A stretch of 63,751 bases of DNA, filler included, from Thraustochytrium aureum (GCA_012862495.1; 4 parts of 3 records of this genome joined end to end with filler, not necessarily neighbours in it), one strand, 5' to 3'. Positions 21,801 to 34,304 are shown, counted from the whole stretch's first letter. A program made the numbers and translations. Notes: a model not told the origin generated them from the letters alone.

Positions 21801-23963
21801 TGCTTGTGATCGTCAAACGAGTGCCGCGGGAGCGCTTCTGGCGGGAGCGGGGCAAGGTGCTGGACGCGCTCCCAGGAGGCGCCTGCACGTTTTTGCGGCG
21901 CCTGCTCGTCTCGGGCAAGTTGTACAAGCGCCTTGGCGCCGCGGTGCTCCGCGCAATGTGCGACGATGCTGCGCCGGGCGATCCCGAGTTGCAGCGCCTA
22001 GACGGGTGCCTCGGGGCCCTTGAGCAGGTACTCTCGGCGCAAGACGCTCAAGACCTCGAGTTCGCCACGGATGCACTGGTCTGCTGGGAACGGCTCGGGG
22101 CGGCTCGGGCAGGCGGGCACATGCGGCAGTGCGAGGCTGTGCGCGCCCTTGCCGCGGCCGTTCTGTGCCGGCACAAGTCCAACACAGCCGCAGCCAGCAG
22201 CGACACGCTTGTCCGAACTGCCACGGAGAACGAAGCAAGTGTTTCAGCGGCTCGGCGCTCTGCGCCTTGCCGGCAGAGTCCATCGACGCCGAAACACTGT
22301 GCGCCCTGGCGGCCAATCTCGAGGGCACTGCGAGCGAGGCCGTGCCAGAACTCGCGCAGGCGTGTGCAGCTGCTCGACGCGGGCTGCGGCGGCGACCTCG
22401 GGTCACAAGCCCAGAGGAAAGGACGGCAAACGCGAGCATTAGCAAGGCCACAGCGCTCCTGGGACGCGCGGTTTTCAACGTGCTGCAGAGCGGTTCACGC
22501 CCGCCCGTGGCGCATCGGCGCGCGGCGCTGGCCTTGGCCCTTGCGCTCTGCCGCCGGTGCGGACCAGGCTGGGTTGCGCTGGCTGCGCCCGCGCGCGACA
22601 AGGCCGAGACCGGGCGCCGGGTCGCCCCTTCTACTGCGCCTCGTGGCCGTCGAAACCACTGTAGCGTTCACAGACCTCCGCTACCAGGTCGTCCAGTCTT
22701 CCTCGCAGCCGACCGAAGAGCTCGTCCGCGCACTTAGCGCCTGTTTTGGGCTGGTGGAGACCGCCACCGACTTTCTTCTGGACGATCTGCCCCATGGAAT
22801 GCAGGTCCCAGAGCAATTCTTGTGGAGCGGGCTCGCGCCGAGTGCCATCCTGCAGTGCCGCGCCGCGCTCGAAGAAGCGCTTGCGGCAATCGTCCAGTTT
22901 GTTGGGCTCGTCCGGCGCGCAGNNNNNNNNNNNNNNNNNNNNNNNNNNNNNNNNNNNNNNNNNNNNNNNNNNNNNNNNNNNNNNNNNNNNNNNNNNNNNN
23001 NNNNNNNNNNNNNNNNNNNNNNNNNNNNNNNNNNNNNNNNNNNNNNNNNNNNNNNNNNNNNNNNNNNNNNNNNNNNNNNNNNNNNNNNNNNNNNNNNNNN
23101 NNNNNNNNNNNNNNNNNNNNNNNNNNNNNNNNNNNNNNNNNNNNNNNNNNNNNNNNNNNNNNNNNNNNNNNNNNNNNNNNNNNNNNNNNNNNNNNNNNNN
23201 NNNNNNNNNNNNNNCTCCGAGACGGCCCAGACGCTTCGCTCGCCGCTGTCGAGCGCGCAGAGCTTGGCGACCGCCCTGGCCGGGCTGGAGGCCTCGAAAC
23301 GCTGCTCTTCTTGGCCCTCCGCGGAGAGTCAGGGACACTGGCAGCCGCGCGCGCCTCGTCGCCTTGATCGAGGCGAGTCCTGAGGACGCGCTGTGGGACG
23401 AGGCCGCGTCGCTCCTGCTCCCAGCTCTGCTCCGGCTTGCAAGCAGTTGCGCCGGCGCGCTGGCGCCAGTGGTCGCGCTTGGGGACCAGCCGAGCTGGCA
23501 GGACTTCGATTCGGGCGCAGCTGGGGGACTGCTGGACGCCATAGCGCTTTTGCGAGCCCTCGACTTCCAGGCAGGGCTCCGCGCAGCAGACGCTGCGGTA
23601 GAAGACGCATGCAGCGAGGCGTTGCCGGCCTTGGCGCGTCTCGCCTTTCAGCGTCGTGCTCTTGATGAGGATCCGTCTTGGCCGAGCCACGCTTTGGCTG
23701 CGACAAGCGCCTTTCAAGCGCAGTTCCTCGACCTCCAAGTCCGGTCCATGTGCCTGTTCTTGTTTGCCGAGTTGGCGCCGCTCAGAACGCGTGCCGATCA
23801 GGCGGACCAGCCCCGCCTTTTGCACGTCGAAGCTCGGGCCTCTGCACTCGTCTCGGCTCTGCACCGCGCCGCGGCAGTGGACGAGTCGCTTTCAACTCGC
23901 GCTGCGCAGGCCCTGCTCAGCCTCAGCTGCCGTGCTCCTCCGGCGTCTTTAGCGACAAGATGA
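21801..23963 (+). CDS. NCDN: Neurochondrin-like alpha-solenoid protein (partial; compensating frameshifts near 22240 and 22620)
   Basis: FLRRLL, RRAALALALALCRRCGPGW, LLRLVAVET and LSACFGLVE...LEEALAAIVQF match neurochondrin blocks as recalled. Confidence 0.6.
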
Positions 23964-24079
23964 AGACACCAACGCCCATGAGCAGCTCCGACAACACACC
24001 GCTTCGCGACAGCCAGCCGCCCGTGCAGGCCAGCGCGTTTGGCGAGCCGGAAAGCCCCAACAAAATGCCTCGACGCTGC

Positions 24080-24205
24080 AACATCGACCGTCGCATCGCC
24101 ACATCGACCGCCACATCGCATCGCCACATCGACCGCAACATCAACATCCACGTCCTCAACATCCACGTCCTCAACATCGCATCCTCAGCATCGCGTCCTC
24201 AACGT
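24080..24205. repeat. Low-complexity CAT/CAC-rich tandem repeats (CATCGCCACATCGACCG; CAACATCCACGTCCT)
   Basis: Read directly. Confidence 0.8.
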
Positions 24206-24763
24206 CACGGCATCCACCATCACCACGCCGGCGGGCGCATCTTCAATCAAAAAACAAGTCCATCCACATGTCCCATGTCCTGCGCAGATGTGGCCCACCG
24301 GCAGTTTCGTCCCACACGTCACAGGGCCCTCTTCGCGACGCAGACTAGACGCGGACCGTGGTCACGGGGGCGGGCCGTGACGGGCGTTGGCGCCAGCGAT
24401 GCCCAGATCGCGACGTGTCCCCTATGAGACGCGAGTTGGACAACCGTCAGCGTCATTGGGAGGTTTTCGTGACGTGAAGGGAGGGTTAGACGAGCCCAGC
24501 GCGTCACGGGAGTACATACGAGACGTAGAAATCACGTCTAGCGTCGTCACCGAGAGGCACCCTGACGCGCGCGGGGGTCAATGTGGCCCATCGCGTAACA
24601 GAACCCCCGAAATGACGAGATTTGCAGTCGTGTATGAGTCACGCGGGCGGCCCGTGACGGCGGGAGGGAGGGTCAGAGAGGCCCAGCCAGGGACAGACGG
24701 CAGAGCCGAACGGGTGCGCAGGGCGACTCGCTCCGTGCGCAGAGGGCGGAGGAGGAGGAGCTA

Positions 24764-24840
24764 CTGCCTGCCTGCCTGTCTGCCTGTCTGCCTGCCTGTC
24801 TGTCTGTTCGCCTGCCTGCCTGCCTGCCTGTCTGCCTGTG
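24764..24840. repeat. (CTGC/CTGT)n tetranucleotide microsatellite
   Basis: Read directly; similar tract at 37620-37669. Confidence 0.9.
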
Positions 24841-24862
24841 TCAGGTGGCGGGTCTCGCGAGG

Positions 24863-26174
24863 ATGATGCTGCCACTTCGCGAGGTGGGCCTGGACGGCCG
24901 CACGGCGGAAATGGCCAAGCGCACGAGGACCTGGACGCGCACGAATGCGACTGGCGCAGCCAGGCGAAAGGAGGAGGCATGCGATGAGCAGACGCTGCGG
25001 GATATTGATGATCTGCTGAGGTCCCCTGTGGCACCTCGAGAGGACGACGCAGACGAAAACTTGGACACGCTCAACGTGATAACGGTGCCCGCGAAGCTCG
25101 GAGACGCAGCGCCGGGAAAGGCGAGATTGCAAGCTGTAGTAGAGTCACCAGAGCTGCCGCGGATGAATGGGTCGCGCATGGTGAGGACGCCAGACAGCGT
25201 CCACCGCGCCCTGCACCTGACCAAGGGCACCAGGGCCGATGGCGGCAAGCTCGACCTTGATGCAGACGATGCGACTGACAGCGAGGGCGACGGCTCCGCG
25301 CCGAAGAAGATCTGCCTACAGACGCCGAAGCCCTGTCCCTGACCATGCGCACAGCGCACGCTCGCGCACCGGCGTTGGACGGGGCCAGGCTGCGCGCCGC
25401 GAGCGTGGCTGTTGTTGCTGCGATTAAAGCACGGCCGCGCGCTGAGCTCGCGCGCTGGGGCCTGCTTTTGCTGCTTTGGATGCTGGCTCTCGTTGGCCCG
25501 CGGCTTCTTCACCGCCTGGGGAGCGGGGACACGTCGAGCACGTCGACGGCCATCGCTCCGGCTGTGTCCCTCGCAGAGACGCAAGTCCAGGCTCCAGTTG
25601 CGGTAGAGCCGACTCTTGCGTCTGATGCTGCTGACGAGAGTGGGGAGAAGAGTACAGCAAGCGCCATTGTGCAAGGGCCTCGGCGAGGGCACAGCATGTC
25701 GCCAGAGATCACAATTCTCGAGCCCAGCCGCGATCTCGTCGGGGTACCACCAGGCGACCTGCACGTGCATTGAGCGTGCAAAACCTGTTCCCGGAAGACA
25801 TTAGGGTTCACCGCAATGCGCGCGTTTGCATGCGCTTGGCCGGGGACCAAGGCGTCAGCACGGCCCTTGGGTGCGCCGAGGTTCGCGGGCAAGCCGTCCA
25901 GGTTTTGCTGCGCGACTTGCGACCGGGCCAGATCACGCTCCATGCGTCGCTTCTCTCTGACGTTAAGAAGCTCGCCAAGGCTGCGCGGTCCTTTACAGTT
26001 CTTGCTGGGCCAGGGGCCTTGAACATGCACCAGCCCGAGTTCATCCACCCCGCCACAAACCCCGAGCCCGTGCCGCGCAAGCGGTCGCAAGTACCGCCGC
26101 CCCCGGCAGGCGACACTTGCGTCACCACTTGCACGCGGACCTGCACTACTACGTTCGAGCTGGACGAGGCGTAG
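24863..26174 (+). CDS. Unknown single-pass membrane protein reconstructed across two 1-nt homopolymer deletions
   Basis: Three abutting ORFs join if one C is added at about 25331 and one T at about 25770. TM segment WGLLLLLWMLALVG; beta-rich C-terminus (PEITILEP...LHVHLSVQN). Confidence 0.5.
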
Positions 26175-26789
26175 GCATCTGTCGGTCTTCGAGCCATCTT
26201 GCGAGCAAGCAAGGGTCGTTGCGGCAAAGGCTGGCTCGAGAGCGCGGGCGCCTGCGGCGGATCAGGCCAGGCCGCGTCCGGCCACTGCGCGCCTAGCTGG
26301 CGGGGTTAGGGCTTGGAGGGGACAGGGAATCTCTCTCCAACGTGCAACCAATCCATCTGCCAGTGCACCAAGATCCAGCGCTTCCGTTGCGAAGGCGGTC
26401 TGCTGCCGACGTCGAAAACAAATCAACGCAAACACACATACCAAACACTGCAACGGGCGAGAGCATCGCAACTGCATGACGCATCAAGCGGCCATGTGCG
26501 CTCGTCCAAGCGCTGCACAACCAAAAGTCAAACGGCCGAATGCGCGCCGAAATGGGGGGGAAGCAACCTCGAAACGAAAAACCTGCGCGCCGCAAACGCA
26601 CGCCGCCAGACGCTTCCGGCGGTCGACAAGTAAGAGTAATCTTCGTAAGAAAGCACGAATCACGTTCCAATCCATCGAAACACCAAACAAACGCCACATG
26701 CCACCTCGCGCCAGCGCTGCTGCACGAGCTCCTCGAGGAAGAAACGGGTCAGCTCGCGCAAGGCATGCTGCTCGTCCCCAACAGCCTCT

Positions 26790-29037
26790 CTAACTGAGGG
26801 CACGAGGAGGTTTGTCGGCCGGCTGGCCGGCAGCCAGAGCGACGTGCATGCTGAGGTCCAAGCCGTCGATGTTGCAGCCCCGCTCTGGCGGCACCTTCTT
26901 TCGCAGCACCGCCCGCACCTCGGCCTCAGCAAGCACAGGGACTGCATACGGAAGTTGCTCGACGTGAGAAGGGCGTTCCAGGCTGACTAAGAAAGAGATT
27001 TGCTTGAGCCGCGCAAACCGCGTGCGCAACTCTTGCAGCAGCCACGCTCGGTTCCCAGAAGCTTCGCCAGAGGGGCCAACGTGCCCTCCCTCCTCGTCGT
27101 CTTCCTCCGCGCCCCCGGTGAGCTCTGCCACGCGGACTTGCTCGCGCTCCTCGGCGGTGTAGTAGCAGTCTGCGAGACAGGCCTCCATCGCCCGCACGTC
27201 GTGGTCAAAGCGCAACGCGCCAAGGTCGTTGAACACGTTCGAAGGGCGAAGCAGGGCCGTTTCCCAAGTCGAGGCCACGATCCCAGCAACCTTGTCGAGG
27301 AGGAGGCAAAAGTTGGACTTGGTGAGGTGGGTCTGGCACTTTTTGAAGTTTCGTCCCTGAAGCAGGTGCTCGCCAACCACCTTGCTCACAAAGGGGTCCT
27401 CGCGCTCGTACTGCTCGTACATGGCGTGGGTGAGGTCGTAGGTAATCGCGCTGGCCAGCGACTCCACCCGGTGCACGAGCGCGGGGCGCAGCCCGTCGCT
27501 AACGACGCCCTGGATCGCCCGCAGCCGCAGCTCGGCGTGGAGCTGCGCGGTCGCCTGAAGGCCCTGAAGCGTCATCTCGACCATGGGCACCTGGTCCGGG
27601 AAACGCTGCTCAAACTGGTAGTGAATCTCCCAAATCAGCTCCGGGAGGTACGCTGCGCTCAGCTCGACCGTGTTGATGGCCACAAGTACTGACGACGACA
27701 GCGTGCCTGTGCCCTGCAGGTCGCTGTCGAGCGCGGCAGCGAACAAGTCCTCCGCGGCCTCGCCCTCCGAGGAAGCCTGCCGCGCCATCCCGCGAGGCTT
27801 TAGGCCGAGCCCGAGGTCGATGTCAAAGTCGTCCGCAGAGGGGCGCGGCTCGCCGTTCGCGGACGCGGCCGCCCCGACAGCCTGCCCCTTGAGCAGGGCC
27901 AGCACATTGGGCGAGTACTCGTCCTCGAGCAGGCGGCAGATGCGGTCCGCCGCTGCGCAGCAAGCCAGCTTGCTCTCGGTGTGCACTGCGCGCGCAAACG
28001 CCTTGCGCACCACGAAGAGGGTGTCCTCGACGATCGAGTTGACGCGGTCCGCGCCCTCCCCGCTCGCGCCAGCGAGCCGCTTGGCCTTGGCCAGAGAGCA
28101 GGTCACCCAGACTTCCTCCAGCTGCGTGTAGGCCTGCGCTAGGTCAACCTGTCGGCTCGCGATCCCGTTCGAGGCGAGAGCTGCCTGGTCTAGGACGCCA
28201 AACGACGCGAGGAAGCGCGTAAAGTGGCCGCAGTACTTTTGCGCCTCCATGACGGCGTTCAAAAGGCCGTCCAGCTCGCTCACCTCGTCTTCCGAGAACA
28301 GCGACTCGGGCGCAAGCGAAGGTTGCGCCTGCGCGCCCCGGCGCCGCGCCCCGTTCGACTTGTGCTGCGCCTCGGAGAACGCGGCGGCGCGCTCGACCCA
28401 GGCGCTCACGTTTTTGTCCTTCTGAAAGGCATCAAGCACAAAGCAGACCGTCGTGCTGGTCTTGGACTCGACCACGCTGACGATCTTGGTCGTCGCCAGC
28501 TGGTTGACCGCCTGCGCGCGTTCCGACTCTTTCACGGTCGCCTGCGCGTTCGTGGAGGCCACAGCATACTCGCCAAGCATGAGCTTTTCGATCAGGCTGT
28601 CGGCGTACAGGAGGATGAACGAGAGCGCCTTGAGGTACGGGTCGTCGTCCACCGCCTCAACTTGCTGGACAACCCCGTTGGTCCGCGTTGCGAGCGCGCG
28701 GTGGGCCTTGAGCTCGTTAATGATCAGAGCGTATCGCTCCTCGAGGCCCGCGCACACCAGCGTGGAAAACAGCGCCAGGGCGGCGTCGCTGAACTCGTCG
28801 CCGCACGTCAAACCGGAGCCCTCCTTGTTGATCACGACGCGGAGCGACTCGGCGAGCCGGCAGAGCTCGGCGGCGCGGTGCAGCCGCGGAACGTCTTCCG
28901 CCTCCCGTTGTTGCTGCCGCCGCAGCTCAAACTCCTCCCTGGCCTGCTTTTCCTGCAAACGCTGCTGCTCCTTGAGCTTGAACTTTTTGTCTGCTCCATC
29001 AGCTTGGCGCGCCGCTCCTCGGCCGTCAGAGGTTTCT
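26790..29037 (-). CDS. COG4: COG4-like Golgi tethering subunit (5' end in gap)
   Basis: SIVEDTLFVVRKAFARA, YDLTHAMYEQYEREDPFV, FNDLGALRFDHDVR, RFARLKQISFLVSLE, LAEAEVRAVL. Confidence 0.8.
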
Positions 29038-29732
29038 NNNNNNNNNNNNNNNNNNNNNNNNNNNNNNNNNNNNNNNNNNNNNNNNNNNNNNNNNNNNNNN
29101 NNNNNNNNNNNNNNNNNNNNNNNNNNNNNNNNNNNNNNNNNNNNNNNNNNNNNNNNNNNNNNNNNNNNNNNNNNNNNNNNNNNNNNNNNNNNNNNNNNNN
29201 NNNNNNNNNNNNNNNNNNNNNNNNNNNNNNNNNNNNNNNNNNNNNNNNNNNNNNNNNNNNNNNNNNNNNNNNNNNNNNNNNNNNNNNNNNNNNNNNNNNN
29301 NNNNNNNNNNNNNNNNNNNNNNNNNNNNNNNNNNNNNNNNNNNNNNNNNNNNNNNNNNNNNNNNNNNNNNNNNNNNNNNNNNNNNNNNNNNNNNNNNNNN
29401 NNNNNNNNNNNNNNNNNNNNNNNNNNNNNNNNNNNNNNNNNNNNNNNNNNNNNNNNNNNNNNNNNNNNNNNNNNNNNNNNNNNNNNNNNNNNNNNNNNNN
29501 NNNNNNNNNNNNNNNNNNNNNNNNNNNNNNNNNNNNNNNNNNNNNNNNNNNNNNNNNNNNNNNNNNNNNNNNNNNNNNNNNNNNNNNNNNNNNNNNNNNN
29601 NNNNNNNNNNNNNNNNNNNNNNNNNNNNNNNNNNNNNNNNNNNNNNNNNNNNNNNNNNNNNNNNNNNNNNNNNNNNNNNNNNNNNNNNNNNNNNNNNNNN
29701 NNNNNNNNNNNNNNNNNNNNNNNNNNNNNNNN

Positions 29733-30748
29733 CTGGGGTCGGCGACTCGTTCTCAGCTGCGAGCTGCGCTTTGACCTGCTCGATGACGCGGGGCCCGTCG
29801 TCGCTGGACTGGCACACGAAACGGATCCACTCGAGGTAGCGGCGCACAGACTCGGGGCGCGCCGTGTCGCACTCGATAACGCGAAACTCGAGTGGGTCTG
29901 TCGCGTACGTCCTCCGCGTCACGGCGAGCGCCTCGCGCACGCGGAGCGCCGAGGCGTCATCCGCCCGCACGCCACCGACGTTGCGGACGAAGGTCACGAC
30001 GAGGTACGGCTTGGATGGCCGGTCCAGGTCGACTGGCAGCAGCTGGTTGACGAAGCGGCGCCTCGGCGCGCCGGGCTGCGCTGCTGCTGGCGACTGCTGT
30101 CCTCGGCCTTGCTGCTGCTGCTGCTGTTGGTCATCCTCGTCTTCTTCTTGGCCCTGCCCAAGCAGCCAGACCACGGCGAAAAGAAACCCTCCGTAGATTG
30201 CAAACTGGAGTACTTCCTGCAGCTGCCACACTCCGCTGGACGGTTGCGCGGTGTGCCACCTTGCGCGGTTTCCACTCCTCGCGTCCCACTGCCTCGTCCG
30301 TTGGGCGAACTCCTCGCGCGACCCGCGCCCGGCGTGCGCGAACTGCCCGCGTTGCCGTTGCGCTTGGAGCCTTCGTTCTTGATCGTACTCGCTCCGCGTC
30401 CGCGCATCCGACAGCACCTCGTGGGCTTGGCTGATCTCCACAAACCGCTGCTCAGCACCCGGCGCACGATTCCTGTCCGGGTGCCACTCTCGCGCCATCT
30501 GCTTGTACGCCTTTCGTACATCCTTGGTCGGCGTCGTGGACGGCACGCCGAGCACGGCGTAATAGTCCACGAGCCCATCAAAGGCCTTCTTCCCCGGCTG
30601 CCGCTGCGAGTACTGCCTCTGCTGGCCCCAAACCGCCAAACCTGTACTCAAACCTCGCGCCGTGCGCGCCAGCGGCGCCCAGCACGACCGCGAGAGCAGC
30701 AGCGAGCCACACCCACGCGCCGCCCATCGTCCTCGTCGTCCTGGCCAT
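29733..30748 (-). CDS. DnaJ-domain membrane protein, probably with a signal peptide (frameshift at about 30630; 3' end in gap)
   Basis: DYYAVLGV...AYKQMAREWHPDRN...FVEISQAHEVLSD and a downstream TM helix. An adjacent frame gives the signal-like MGGAWVWLAAALAVVLGAAGAHG from ATG 30727 or 30748. Confidence 0.85.
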
Positions 30749-31253
30749 CCCCAGCCCCGCCGCAGCCTGCCGCAGCCCGCCGGACCGCGGAGGACAGACC
30801 GCACGCCCACCCTCGCGCGCCGCGCCGCCAGCACGACCGCGCTGTCCGGTGGCGCTCGATGCAGCTCTGCGCGGCCGGTCGTCATCGTCGGATCATCGCG
30901 CCATTTTGGCCCATTTCGCGCCATCCATGGACTCCATCCATGCCAGCATCCCTCCATCCCTCCATCCGTCGAGCCAGCGAGCGAGCGAGCGAGCGAGCGA
31001 GGGACGGGCAGGGCAGCGCCGAGGGGGGAAGGGCGGGCTGGCGGCTGCGGCGTTCGCGCGCAGAGGGCGCGGAGCGCGAGGGCGGGGTGGTTGCGGTGGG
31101 CGTTGTTGATCGAGGGGGAAAAATCGGACGCGCAACGTTGCTGCTGCCCGCCAGGCACGGCTGCGAAGGCAGGCAACGGCCGCGCGGCGAGCGGAGGTGA
31201 CTGGACGTGGCGCGGAGGAGGACGTGGCTGGACGGGCGCGAAGGACCGGGAGG

Positions 31254-32248
31254 ATGGCGGCGCCGATGCCGATTTTCGACAAACTGTACTTTTGGCTCCC
31301 CGAGTGCGCCGAGCGGTCCGAGCTGAAGAAGCTGATACAGCGGTACAGCGGCAAGCTCAAGGTGCAGCACAAGGTCGGCAAGAAGGACGTGATCCACATT
31401 GCGCCGCCCAACTTTCCCAAGGAGGAGCTCAGCGACAAGGTCAACCCGNNNNNNNNNNNNNNNNNNNNNNNNNNNNNNNNNNNNNNNNNNNNNNNNNNNN
31501 NNNNNNNNNNNNNNNNNNNNNNNNNNNNNNNNNNNNNNNNNNNNNNNNNNNNNNNNNNNNNNNNNNNNNNNNNNNNNNNNNNNNNNNNNNNNNNNNNNNN
31601 NNNNNNNNNNNNNNNNNNNNNNNNNNNNNNNNNNNNNNNNNNNNNNNNNNNNNNNNNNNNNNNNNNNNNNNNNNNNNNNNNNNNNNNNNNNNNNNNNNNN
31701 NNNNNNNNNNNNNNNNNNNNNNNNNNNNNNNNNNNNNNNNNNNNNNNNNNNNNNNNNNNNNNNNNNNNNNNNNNNNNNNNNNNNNNNNNNNNNNNNNNNG
31801 CGCAAGTCGCTGCGGCTCGACAATGGCGGGCTGGACGGAGCTGGTAAGTTGGGTTGTTGGTTGTGCGCCTTTGTCGAGGCTTGCAAGCTGACGCCGTGCC
31901 GCAGTGAGCCGGCTTGCCGACGCGTCCGGCCAGGACCACGCGGCCGTGTGCTGGGCCCTGTTCCAGTGCAACGGCCAGTTTAAGCGCGCCAAGAAGATCC
32001 TCTATGGCGAGATTACGCTCAACGACTTTCACCCTTGGAGCAACGACGAAGACGACGTCATCATCAAGTATGCTCGCGGCCTCTTGGAGGCCGAGGTCGC
32101 GCCTGACTCGCGCCACCAGCATGTCGTGACCGCGCACAACGTGATTGACCCGGCCGAGTCGCAGGCTATCGACGTGCTGCTCACGAGCCGCGACTACCAC
32201 GAGATCGCAGCGCGTGCGCGTTACCTGGTGGACGAGCGCCAGCTCTAG
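31254..32248 (+). CDS. RAP1: Rap1/TERF2IP-like telomere protein (N-terminal BRCT, C-terminal RCT); intron 31844-31904; middle in gap
   Basis: IFDKLYFWL...RSELKKLIQRYSGKL is BRCT-like. VCWALFQCNGQFKRAKKIL...PWSNDEDDVI...EIAARARYL is RCT-like. The GTAAGT...GCTGAC...GCAG intron keeps the frame. Confidence 0.7.
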
Positions 32249-32632
32249 CTTGAGCGAAGCGGTTGGCCTGCCACTGTTTCAACGTAGAGCGAGCGAGCGA
32301 GCGAGCGCACGCTCGTACTGGGCATTTGCAACGACCGAGGCGCCCGTTTGGCGTCCGGTTCGGGTCCTGCCGTTGACGGGCAGGGAGTCTCGCGAAAGAC
32401 CAACAAACCAACGACGATCGGCGGCGGCGGCGGCGGCGGGAACCCGTATTTTCTTCTCCTTTTACTTGAAGATCGCGAAAGAAAAGAAAGCAACAAGTCA
32501 TTTTCATCCAATGAGACCATTCTCCGCTTCCGCTCCTCCACGCGTTCGTCGACACTTTTTTACAGCCAGAACTCGTGCTAAAGTGGCCATTTCGAGGGGC
32601 CAGGGGATCCCGAGCTGGTCAGCCAGTGCCGG

Positions 32633-34304
32633 CTACCGAAACTCGACAGGCACGTCTGGGAACTTTTCCCGCATCATCTCGTACACCGCCTTCTTCTTTG
32701 GATCTGACATGGCGGCAGCCACTGACTGGTCTATGCGCTCCTTCTCTTCTTGCATCTTGCGCTGCGCAGCCATGGCCTCTGCGTCGGCGCGCTTTTCCTC
32801 GGGCGACTTTTGCGATTCTTCCCAGGCCAACTTGGCCATCTCGAGCCGCTGCTTCTCGGGCAATTCGCGCACGTCCGTGCCAACGTCGCAGTCTGCGACG
32901 TCAATGCTGGGGTCGCCCTCGAAAGCGGACGGCCACCACTCAAACCCCGGCGTTGGGTCTCGTGAGCCGTGCTCTTTGTGCAACGTAAGGTGGACGTAGC
33001 CGCCATCTTCCATCTCCCAGGTGCTCTCGTCCACAGTGATGGGGAAAGTGCACGACTTTTCCAGCACGGTGGCGTCGCCTACCTTGAGGCAAACGCTTTT
33101 CCTTCGCAGCGTGCAGGAGACGTCTTTTGCGCGCGTATCACGGCGGAGCTGGACGAGGACGTGCAGGTGCGCGAGCGTCTGGCCCCAAGCGTAGTCGTGC
33201 AGGACCTGGCCGTTTTTGACATAGCCGTCCAGCCCGCTTGCGCGCAAGCCATCTAGGCCGGCGCCAAGCGCCTCTTGTTTTTCGGCTCTTCCCCAGCTGG
33301 CTCGTCCCTAGCTGGTTCTGGCGCGCCAGCGGCGGCTCCGGCTTCGTCGTCGGGGATCGTGCTGATCTCGACGCCAGATTCTGCCGCTGCGAGTTCCGCC
33401 GCATGCTCGGTCGCCTCTGCCGCGCCTTGGGGTTGGGCGGCGGCGGCGGCGGCGCCGCCTTGCCTGGCTGCTAGGCGGCGCATCCCCTCCTCGGTTTCGC
33501 GACGAAAGGCCTCGGCCTGCTTTTTCTTCATGTCGAGCTCCTGACTCGCCGGTACTCTTGGCGGAGCTCTCGCGACGTAGGCAAGGCGCGCACCGCGGCC
33601 TCAAGGTCAGTGAGGNNNNNNNNNNNNNNNNNNNNNNNNNNNNNNNNNNNNNNNNNNNNNNNNNNNNNNNNNNNNNNNNNNNNNNNNNNNNNNNNNNNNN
33701 NNNNNNNNNNNNNNNNNNNNNNNNNNNNNNNNNNNNNNNNNNNNNNNNNNNNNNNNNNNNNNNNNNNNNNNNNNNNNNNNNNNNNNNNNNNNNNNNNNNN
33801 NNNNNNNNNNNNNNNNNNNNNNNNNNNNNNNNNNNNNNNNNNNNNNNNNNNNNNNNNNNNNNNNNNNNNNNNNNNNNNNNNNNNNNNNNNNNNNNNNNNN
33901 NNNNNNNNNNNNNNNNNNNNNNNNNNNNNNNNNNNNNNNNNNNNNNNNNNNNNNNNNNNNNNNNNNNNNNNNNNNNNNNNNNNNNNNNNNNNNNNNNNNN
34001 NNNNNNNNNNNNNNNNNNNNNNNNNNNNNNNNNNNNNNNNNNNNNNNNNNNNNNNNNNNNNNNNNNNNNNNNNNNNNNNNNNNNNNNNNNNNAGTGTGCT
34101 TGGCAAACAGAAGCCTTGCTTGTACTCCGCGTTGCCTTCGCGCTTGAGAGCCTCGGCGCGCTCGATCGCCACCTCAAGAGGTACGCTGGCCCAGTCCTCG
34201 TCCTCGGCGTCTACCTCATCCCGTGACTGCCCGGCTTGTCCGCGCGTCGCCTGGGCGGCAGCGTTCGCGTCGCCAGGCAACGGCCCCGACCCTGGACTAG
34301 CCAT
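32633..34304 (-). CDS. TPR + NudC/CS-domain co-chaperone (gap; apparent indels near 33540 and 33280)
   Basis: TPR start AEALKREGNAEYKQG. CS domain YAWGQT...AKDVSC...ITVDESTWEMEDG...LTLHK...WWPSAFEGDPSID. Confidence 0.8.

Noticed and set aside
20209..23963. Kinase-neurochondrin fusion
   Set aside because: The gap must hold the kinase C-lobe plus the next gene start and is probably under-sized; there is no evidence of continuity.
26790..30748. DnaJ-COG4 fusion across the 29038-29732 gap
   Set aside because: Only strand and a gap link them, and a secretory J-protein and a cytosolic tether are unlikely to be one protein.
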